64,000 nt of DNA from an uncultured Candidatus Poseidoniales archaeon. Its GTDB lineage: Archaea; Thermoplasmatota; Poseidoniia; Poseidoniales; Thalassarchaeaceae. The notes under the pieces were generated by a model. It saw only the letters and a list, made by a program, of their open reading frames with translations, did not search any database and was not told the origin of the DNA. The stretch covers positions 18,346-82,345 of the forward strand of contig CAZLVU010000006.1 of the NCBI GenBank assembly GCA_964563355.1, given 5' to 3'. The translations under genes were made by a program, and so were the position numbers. Numbering within the stretch: position 1 is the stretch's first letter; every line of letters begins with the position of its first letter. Shown in pieces: positions 8,399 through 17,400 of the stretch.

Positions 8399-11335
8399 AT
8401 GCAGCGGACAATCGTGCGAAATCGCTGTATTATGGCATGCAGGCCCCGAACCAAACTGCTTGCTTCCGCTCTGGCAGTGCTCATGCTAATGACTAGCGGC
8501 ATTGCGATCGACAACCACGAAAGCCTACAACCAGCCCCCTCAGGAGTCTCGGAGAGCGATCCCGATGCCAACTTCTACACCTTGTATTTCACCAGCGTGG
8601 GGGACAACGTCTCTGGCGGGATGGACGGGCTGATTACGACCCGTGTACCCGATATTGATGAGGAGGAGGAGAGTACCTCAGCCCTCGATACCGATGTCAA
8701 TTTCAAATCGGCAGAGCTAATGACTTCCATGGACTTCTTCGGCCGAAAATTCCACGCAAACGACTCGTATTTCCTTCAAGTCAACCTTTTCCTCAAGGCA
8801 ACCGGCTCATCAACTTCTAATGTCGATTGGACCATCACAATCAGCACTTCTCGAGGAACTGTAGGCAGCACCACTTGGGGGGGTGGGACGGTCTGCACCT
8901 CTACCTTTGGCAGTACCTGCGACTTTGACTACGAATCCCTTGAGATTAGCATAGGCTCTTCCAAGTCGTTCGAAGTGCGCGAGGATGATCGATTGATTGT
9001 GAAGGTTCGAGCCAGCATGTCTGGTTGCGATGGCGGACTCTTTTCCGATTGCACCGCTGAAGTTGCGTGGAACAAAATATCGGGGGAGAATCGATTCTCC
9101 ACTATCCAAGCCGATGCAAACGCCCTGATGGACAGTATCGTCCTACTTCAAAGGGAAGGCTCAACCCTTGCGGAGGGGCCCGAGGTTGACTGGTACCCCA
9201 ATGACATCATCGAGGACCGAGAGATGCAATTCTATGTGGATGCCAAGAGCTCTTTTGGAAGGGGGGATATCTCCCGAGTTGAATTGTTGATGCGGGATCC
9301 AGATGGCAACTACCGAGTGGATCACCAGATTACCAAAGATGACGACGACATCGAAGACTCCAATACGGGAATATTCGGGAAGTATCTCTGGACCTATCCA
9401 AGTGGACTACCTTCTGGCGAGTATGCTGTAGTTCTGAGGATTTCGGATATCCAAGGCAACCAAGTAGACATAGAGCACGAGCCAATAACGATGCATCAAT
9501 GGGGAGTCTCGATAAATCACAGGTATGACAGGAATGTCGAGTACTTCGCACCCGGTCAGATAACACCAATACCCCTCCAATTGGTTCACAGAGGCGACTC
9601 AACAAAGTCCATGCAAGTTGAATTGGAGGTCCTGACCAACCTAGACAGCTCTTGGCTGATTGAGTTCGACTCCCCCGCTGGATACGAACTTCAGTCAGGG
9701 GGAACGATCCTCAATCCCACTGTTACCCTGACGGCTCCAGATGACCTTACCGGAACTCCCAAGAAAATAGAAATCAGGGCGGTTGCGGAGGCAGATGTAG
9801 ACGGGGTGATGTCCGTTGTTCATCAGGATATTCTTGTGCTCAACGTCGAGAAGATCGAGGTCTACCAGCCACCAGTAATTTCTATTTGGTCAGACGATCA
9901 CAAGATTCCGATCGCCAACTCAACCAGGGAGATGGACCAATCAATACCCCGGTTTGTGGAGTATGACGAGTTCAACCCCTTCATCTTGGAGATTTTTAAC
10001 ACGGGATTTGACGCCGACTCCTTCAGGATCGACATTCTGAAGCGCTCCAAGTCAATCTTCCAACTGCATGATAACCTCACAGGGCAGAGGATATTGGAGG
10101 ATGAGGGCGATGGGACGTTCCACACATCGCTTCTAGAGAGGCACGCGACTCAAGTCTTCATCTTTGGAATCAAGCCAAGCTTAGACAGAGACGACTTAGA
10201 TATCGGGGAGATCGAGATAGAGGTCGCAAGTGGTGGCAACGCATCACTGAAGACATCCGTCACCTTCACCATTCAGAGAACCTTTGGGATTCAGGCCGAA
10301 GTATCTCAAGACTGTGATGGGACTCCTCTGGGTCACATGAAAATTTCCCTATGCTATCCCAACCAGGAAAACCCAACCATCGAGTTCAGAGCACGGATTA
10401 CCAACAGCATTGCTGAAGATGAAGCCGCATCTTGGTGGTTATTGCAGAACCCGTCCTCACTCAAGGAGAACACAGATCGCAATCCGGTTTACGGACAGTG
10501 GGACTTTAGGATTACCAATACTGACGACGAAGCCCTCCCTAGAGTCTCACTTGGCCCAGGAGACTTCACTGAGGTTTTCGTTAGTGTGATAATGACGGAC
10601 CAGGTCGAGATGGGTAACCACACTGTATACCTCCGCATAATCGAAGACACCGACGATCTCGAGCCTAGGTATTTCGACCTCCCCATTACATTCGAGGTTG
10701 ACGCAGATGAACCGATGCTAGAGATAGTTCAGATTTCCCAGAACACGAATCTCTTGCCAGGGGACAGTTACTCGATTCAGATGAAGGTAAAGAATGAAGG
10801 GAATAGCCCACTCACTGTTCTGCTTGAGGCGGATGTCGATGAAAGCGGTTGGGTAGTTAGTATTGGGGGACTCTCAGGCTCCCCCTTAATCGAGATCGAT
10901 GCCTTTGAGGAGACGGGTTTCACAATCGAAATTGAGGTACCAGACTCAGCTAACAATGGAGACAACATCCCCCTCTCAGTCTCGGCCACCCCTCTTGATA
11001 CTGAGCAGGGATTCCCAGATTCCTTCACTGCTAGGGCAACAGTTGATGCCCAAGTGGAGATCGGCTCCATTTCTGACATCCTTCTGAATGAGATAACCCA
11101 CCCCAGACCGGTTTCCCTTGTCTTGGTACTGGTAATCACATTGCTTCTCTTCGCTGGGATTCAGAGCAGGATTATGCGCCGGAGATGGTCCGATCAAATG
11201 GCCCTAATCGACGCACTCTCCGCGGAAGAGGTCGACTCGCCCCCGCAGGAAGATGATATTCCCGCACCCGTCATGACGCCAGATGAAGATTCACAAGTCA
11301 GTAAGTACGCCGACGAAGACGTAGAATTAGCCTGA
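8399..11335 (+). CDS. Cell-surface protein, 978 aa, beta-sandwich (CARDB/NEW3-like) repeats, C-terminal TM anchor and acidic cytoplasmic tail
   Basis: N-terminal signal-like segment RPRTKLLASALAVLMLMTSGIA. Segments such as MKVKNEGNSPLTVLLEADVDESGW..FTIEIEVPDSANNGDNIPLSVSATP resemble CARDB/NEW3. C-terminal TM segment VSLVLVLVITLLLFAGI is followed by RRRW and a D/E-rich tail. Confidence 0.75.
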   Translation: MQRTIVRNRCIMACRPRTKLLASALAVLMLMTSGIAIDNHESLQPAPSGVSESDPDANFYTLYFTSVGDNVSGGMDGLITTRVPDIDEEEESTSALDTDVNFKSAELMTSMDFFGRKFHANDSYFLQVNLFLKATGSSTSNVDWTITISTSRGTVGSTTWGGGTVCTSTFGSTCDFDYESLEISIGSSKSFEVREDDRLIVKVRASMSGCDGGLFSDCTAEVAWNKISGENRFSTIQADANALMDSIVLLQREGSTLAEGPEVDWYPNDIIEDREMQFYVDAKSSFGRGDISRVELLMRDPDGNYRVDHQITKDDDDIEDSNTGIFGKYLWTYPSGLPSGEYAVVLRISDIQGNQVDIEHEPITMHQWGVSINHRYDRNVEYFAPGQITPIPLQLVHRGDSTKSMQVELEVLTNLDSSWLIEFDSPAGYELQSGGTILNPTVTLTAPDDLTGTPKKIEIRAVAEADVDGVMSVVHQDILVLNVEKIEVYQPPVISIWSDDHKIPIANSTREMDQSIPRFVEYDEFNPFILEIFNTGFDADSFRIDILKRSKSIFQLHDNLTGQRILEDEGDGTFHTSLLERHATQVFIFGIKPSLDRDDLDIGEIEIEVASGGNASLKTSVTFTIQRTFGIQAEVSQDCDGTPLGHMKISLCYPNQENPTIEFRARITNSIAEDEAASWWLLQNPSSLKENTDRNPVYGQWDFRITNTDDEALPRVSLGPGDFTEVFVSVIMTDQVEMGNHTVYLRIIEDTDDLEPRYFDLPITFEVDADEPMLEIVQISQNTNLLPGDSYSIQMKVKNEGNSPLTVLLEADVDESGWVVSIGGLSGSPLIEIDAFEETGFTIEIEVPDSANNGDNIPLSVSATPLDTEQGFPDSFTARATVDAQVEIGSISDILLNEITHPRPVSLVLVLVITLLLFAGIQSRIMRRRWSDQMALIDALSAEEVDSPPQEDDIPAPVMTPDEDSQVSKYADEDVELA

Positions 11336-11404
11336 ATCGTACTGCTATGTACGAACGACGCTCCATTCTTCTTAAGACCCGAACTTAGCGCCAACAAAAC
11401 AGGA

Positions 11405-14400
11405 ATGGTAGCCTTGCTGTTCGTAATTGGAGATTACGAAGACTTCGGGAATTGGAGAAGGAAGCGCTCGGCGTTAGCATTCACATTCTTCCTTGTGATG
11501 GCGGGTCAGGCCGCAATGCAGTTTGGTATTTGGGAGGCTATGGCAAGCACCGATGAGGATGCTGATGGGTTGACCTATGGGATTGAGTTCATGATCAATA
11601 CACAACCTCAGGACTGGGATTCTGACAACGATGGTCTGCCCGATGGGTGGGAGTGGCAATATGGTCTTGACCCACTCTCATCCTTGGGGGATAACGGTTC
11701 GACGGGAGATGCTGACTCTGATGCTCTAACGAATCTCAACGAATATCTATTTGGCATTCCGAGTGGTTGGGATGAACCTTCTACCTCAAACGTGTTGGAC
11801 AATGGGGTTTGGTGGAACGGCACTGTCCCAACAAGGGATTGGGACGAGGAGTCTGCAATGCAAATCATCCAAGGGTCCGGATCAGATGGTTTTGATGAGG
11901 ACCCGGTCGGAAATATTTGCTCCGACACCTTCGATAACGATCATGATGGAATGGTCGACTTAGACGATCCTGACAACGATGGTGACGCCGACTGTGACTC
12001 AGATGACGACGATGGTGATGGCCTAGTTGATGAGGACCCAAATGGTTGGGACACCGATGGCGACGGAATGCCCGACGGCTGGGAGGCCGCAAATGGGCTC
12101 GATCCAACTTCCAACTCGAATCAGGATGGAACATACGGGGATCCCGATGGAGACGGCCTTCCCAATATTTACGAGTACGTCAATCCCGCTTGGGGGACTA
12201 GGAATGGATCAACATTCCCCCCAACTCAGTACTTTAGGCCGGGCCCAATAAACATGACAGCTACCGAGTCTCCTTGCAATCCAATGTTATCCCTCGGACC
12301 AGGAGGGTGTCAGATTTTTACTGCCGAGGTTGATGGCATCACACAAACAGACCCTCAGAACAACGACACAGACGGTGACGGGTTGAATGACTCATTTGAG
12401 GCACTCGTCCTCCTCACTGATCCGACTGCGCCAGACACAGACTCAGACGGCATCTCTGATGGAGTTGAGTTCAATGGATCTTATGGTTTTCCGGAACAAG
12501 GATCGAACCCCCGGGACAATAACACGGATGGCGATTGGCTGGATGACGGTGAAGAGGATCTGAATGGTAATGGCGTGGTAGATGAGGGCGAAACCGACCC
12601 GACAAGGATCGACGATGATGGCGATTTCGATGGGGACGGCTTGCAGAACTGGGAGGAGAACATGTCGTGCACGTTCTGGAACGTCTCGGATTCGGATGGC
12701 GGCGGAGTTAATGATGGCGATGAAGCATCATTCCAAGCCCTCCATTTGACGGATCCTTGCACATCCATGGTCGAGATGGAATTAATCATCGTGGAATGGG
12801 ACCTCGAGGAAAGCGTATTGACTCTGAACTCGACTCTCGAACTAAACCCCAACCCAGTGGATTGGCGTCAATCCGGCGCTCCGATGGCCTATTACCAGTC
12901 CTCTGATGGTTTCAGAACTCCATTTCGGTTTGACTCAATTTTCTTCGACTCACTGCGGGGAGTCGATACCCCTTTGCCATCAAATGCCAGCATGGTCGTC
13001 TTTACCAATGGATCATGGTGCTACAATGGCAGTGCGGGTGCAATCAACGATCCATTCTGTGATGATGATTACTTCGATACTGATGGCGATGGCCTAGCAG
13101 ACTGGGAGGAGAGACTGGGGACTTGGGGCTTCATCTCATACATTGATCTGATTGACTCAGATGGGGACGGGGTCGACGACCTTTCTGAGATTCAGAACCA
13201 AACCGACCCCCTAGAGCCATGCGACAATTTTCTTGACACCGACGAAGACGGCCTCAACGACTTCTTCGAGTATTCTGCTGGTTGCCCGATGCAATTTGGC
13301 ATTCTTGGAAGCAACTTAACCTTCGACACTTGGATTACTTTGCCTGATTCAGCTGATTCCGACAACGGGGGGGTTGACGATGGACAGGAGTACATAGACG
13401 GCACAAACCCCCAGAACAACCCAGACGACGACCTCAACCCGACGGACAGTGATGGGGATGGCATCCCGGATAGCATCGAGAACGAGACGGGGACGGACTG
13501 GCGAGATCCAGATTCAGATGGTGGGGGGATACCTGATGGAGAGGAATGCGCCCACGAATTCTGGCCCGGCGCATGTGTCGGATCGTTGCTCGACCCATTC
13601 GACCCCCTCGATGATCTGATGGAAAACTCCCTCATGTTCTCCGCAACAAATACGACGGGAGGGATGGACCCTTCAATCATACATTATTGGAGGTGGCACA
13701 CTTACGACTCTTACACTGGGGTTTCATGGGGAGTAAATACCAGCTTGGTTGGTTTCACACAGATCGACCCTGATGGTTGGTCGACCACACAGGGGCTGAC
13801 AGACCAGACATACTGGAATGGAACTTCCCCGGTTTCATGGGAGATAACTTTCGACATCGCCGGATACATTGGTCCTGGACAGGAGCTGATTCAACCCTTT
13901 AATTCTCAGAACTTTACCTCCTGGGCTGACTTCTCTGCAGGTCTCAATTTTTCAAACTACACAAGAGACGTTATCGTAGATGGTTCGACCATAGAGGCTC
14001 TCTACGTCACTGCTCCTGAGGTAATTTTCACCTCCGAGGTCAAGGATAACTCCACCGCTTTCACAGGTAGCACATATGCCACGGACCTGCCTCGATGGTA
14101 TCTCGGCCAACACAGTTCATTGGCTGAAAATGTAACTCAATCAGTCTTGAATCAGTCCGGTGCTCTGTCAGCTTGGGATAAAGTGCTGGCGATTCAGGAT
14201 TTCCTGACCAATGGAAATGAGACCATTTCATTCCTTAGGAACCACAATGGATCAAAGATGGCAGACGGTCTCGGTTCCGACAGTGATATTACTCACTGGA
14301 TACTAAATTCGACACACGAGGGCAGTTGCGACGAGTTTACCACGGTCTTCGCCGTGATGCTTAGGTTGGCGGGAATCCCAACTAGGAAGGTGACGGGTTT

Positions 14401-17400
14401 CTCTGGAGGAAGTTGGGATGGCAAGTCCTTCAATGTGTTCGGCAAGGACTTCTCTAGGTGGGTTGAGGTTCACCTGCAGACCAATGAGAACCAAGGTGAG
14501 TTGGATCTAGGTTGGATTCCGTTCGAAGCATGCCCACCAATGTCATTGGTACAGGTGATAGATGAGACCTGGGGGCCAAGCTCGATACTGAGAAATACCT
14601 CGGTATCTGGTGAAATTTGGTTAGAGGGGAGGCTGAATTTCGTGGATAACGGGACGGCGGTCGATAACCTCAGCATTTCCCTTTTCCTAGTTAGCCCGGA
14701 GGACGCTTGGGATATTCCAGGTAGATCGGCTTCAAGCAGCAATCTTGTTGCCTCAGGAATAACCACCGAAAATGGTACATTCAATCTGACCGGACTGCCT
14801 CCTCAAGTCATCCGTCCTGGATACGGTTCTCTAGTGATTCAGACGACAGAGGAAGAGTATGTGGGGGTTCAGGGAATTTCATTCCCGTGGCAGATCAACG
14901 TCACTGACGACGTTGCCTTTTCGATTCTCGAACCACCTCCGATAGAGCAGCCGATGTTGGGGATTGGGGTCAATTCAACCATCTCGGGCCAACTATCCTG
15001 GGCTAGCGAACCATTCCTCGACCCGACTCTTGTGGATTCATTGGAAGTAGTTCTGAATTACTCATCGCAGGTGGATGGCGAGGTGAACATCACCTCGCAG
15101 GTTAGCAGTGGCGGTTACTACGAGTTCATCGTGCCTATCGATGAATTGGAGCCCTTGGGCCTTATCAACGCATCAATCAGTTTCCTCGGCTGGCACTCGG
15201 ACGACCTTAACAACGCCACGCCCCCATCCTATCACGCTCGTCCCAACTCATTGCCCCTGATGCTAAACATCACACTTTCCCCCAATCTTTCCGTGAACCT
15301 CGAGTCCCAGGGACTCAATAATTCGATACTTGAGGTTGACAACCAGATTTTCATAAACGGCACCGTTTTGAGCAGAGGGGATAGCCCCACCACCCTAAAC
15401 GGGACACTGATATTGGAGATGAGGCGTTCCGATATCGCTGGCCCCTACGCCCAATTGAATTCATGGTACCTGAACAACTCCTCATGGTTATCCCCCAGTG
15501 GCGATTTTGCCATTTCCTGGGGATTCGATGCCGATGAAGTCCCTCTCCCTGCCGGGCCAGTGGATGTTCGCTTCCAGTTTGATGCAGATGATCTATTTGC
15601 GAACGACCAAGAGCAATTCTCAGATGAGTTTGGGATTCGGAGCTATGTTGAATTCAACTACACGCTACATCCTGAGCCTAGAGGGGTCGAGGCCAGGGTT
15701 GACGTTTTCCTAACCGATCACACCGGCTCTTCTTTTGCATCATTCGACGGGCTATTCAATCTGGATTTCGATGAAGAGAGTGTTTGGAGCGAAACAGATC
15801 CAAGTACCGGTAGGTTAGCAGTTTCCTGGACCCCAGAACTTGACATGGTGGCAGGCGACTACTCATGGATCCTAAACTACAGTGGCTCAACATGGCTACA
15901 GTCCGAATCCGTAGAGGATTCAGTCAGGATACAGGGATTGGCAAATGTTACCGCCACTCTGAATAGTGAATGGACTCCCAGAGGGACAACAAACTGGGTT
16001 TCCGGACTTGCCAGGGACATGTCTCTCAACACCGCAGTCATCGGCAACAATTCTTCAGTCACCATCAATCTTGAGGTGGATACCAACTTACCGCCTCTGC
16101 CTAACGGATTCCCAGCTCCTCCAGACATCCGTACTCTAGCAACCGGATGGATTGATCCGATTACCGGGGGGTATAACCTCTCATTCCAGATGCCAAGCGG
16201 AGTTACATCTGGCGTGTACGAGATGAGACTCGAACTGGATTTCACAGAAAATCCACAGCCTGGGGGGAATTACTACACAACTGTTTCCGATGGCACAGTA
16301 ATCTCCGGGGGAATCCAGACAGAGTTTGTCGTCTCATCAGAACCATCAGCTGTTATTTTGGTCGCAGGCGAAGAACTTATCGTGAACTCAACCGTAACTG
16401 ACGTGGAGGATTCCTCAACCACTATTCAGGACGTAGACCTGGATCTCTACTTCGATTGGGGGGGCCCTCAGCAGCAACTCCTCGATTCAACGACCACTAA
16501 CTCGGCAGGCTTGGGATTGTTTAGCCCCACTATTCCATCATCTGTGTCACCGGGGTTCTATGAAATCAGGATTCATGCCCCCGATGATCTAAATGACAGT
16601 CTTAGCGCCCCAAATGCAGGTAGGTGGCTTGGCAATGAGAGCCTCATCAACCTGACCGTACAAGTCCCAAGCCAAATCTCGATTACCAGCATCCCTCCTC
16701 AAGTTACTGCACTGCAGTACTTCACTATCGAGGGAACCGTCCTCGACTTGGCAGACTCAAACAGAACGATCCAGGGGCCCGTGGGGATCGATGTATTCTT
16801 CCTAGACGAACCCGATGAGATTCTGTTGCACAACCATACCACAAACAGCAACGGGAGTTTCAATGTCTCAGTGCCAACGGACACCTTGGGTAACGGGGTG
16901 CAGAAAGGCGTTCGCACTGTTGTCGTTAGCATTGTTGACGGATCAACCCCCTTCTACCTGACCGGAACTGGGGATGCGCCAATTCTAGTCGTCGGAGTCC
17001 CAATTTTCGTTGACTCGACCCCCTTCCTAAATACCGTAATCAACAGAGGGGAGTCTCTGACAATTACAACTCGACTTGTCGAGTTCAGCGACAACGAGGA
17101 CGGCCTCTCAGGATACACGGTAATGGCAAAGTTCCACGACACTTGGTTGGATTCAGAGACAACTTCGGGTGATGGCAGCGTAGCATTTGATTTCGTAATT
17201 CCCGATGACCACCCACTCGGACTTGTAAACACCACTTTCTTCTTCAACGGCTCACCGGACCTCCATCCCACAATTCAAGTTCTGAGTGTCATCACCGTGC
17301 GTTCTCCCGCCATCATGGCAATAGATCCGATCACCGACAACCCAATCGCTGGTGATTTCTTCAACGTGACTGGCTCATTGGTTTCGGGCAACGGGAGCGC

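Noticed and set aside
11352-11366. Treating the 15-nt identity with 52202-52216 as significant on its own.
   Set aside because: A few exact 15-mer coincidences are expected by chance in a 64-kb window on two strands. The observation is retained only because of its position at the 5' ends of two paralogues and the matching peptide motif in a third gene.
11333-11407. The 978-aa and 2985-aa ORFs are in the same frame. They are separated only by one TGA and 23 stop-free codons, which would allow a roughly 3987-aa read-through fusion.
   Set aside because: A shared frame plus 23 stop-free codons is expected by chance about one time in ten. The upstream protein already ends in a TM helix plus cytoplasmic tail, and the downstream one starts with its own anchor. 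I saw no SECIS-like or recoding signal.
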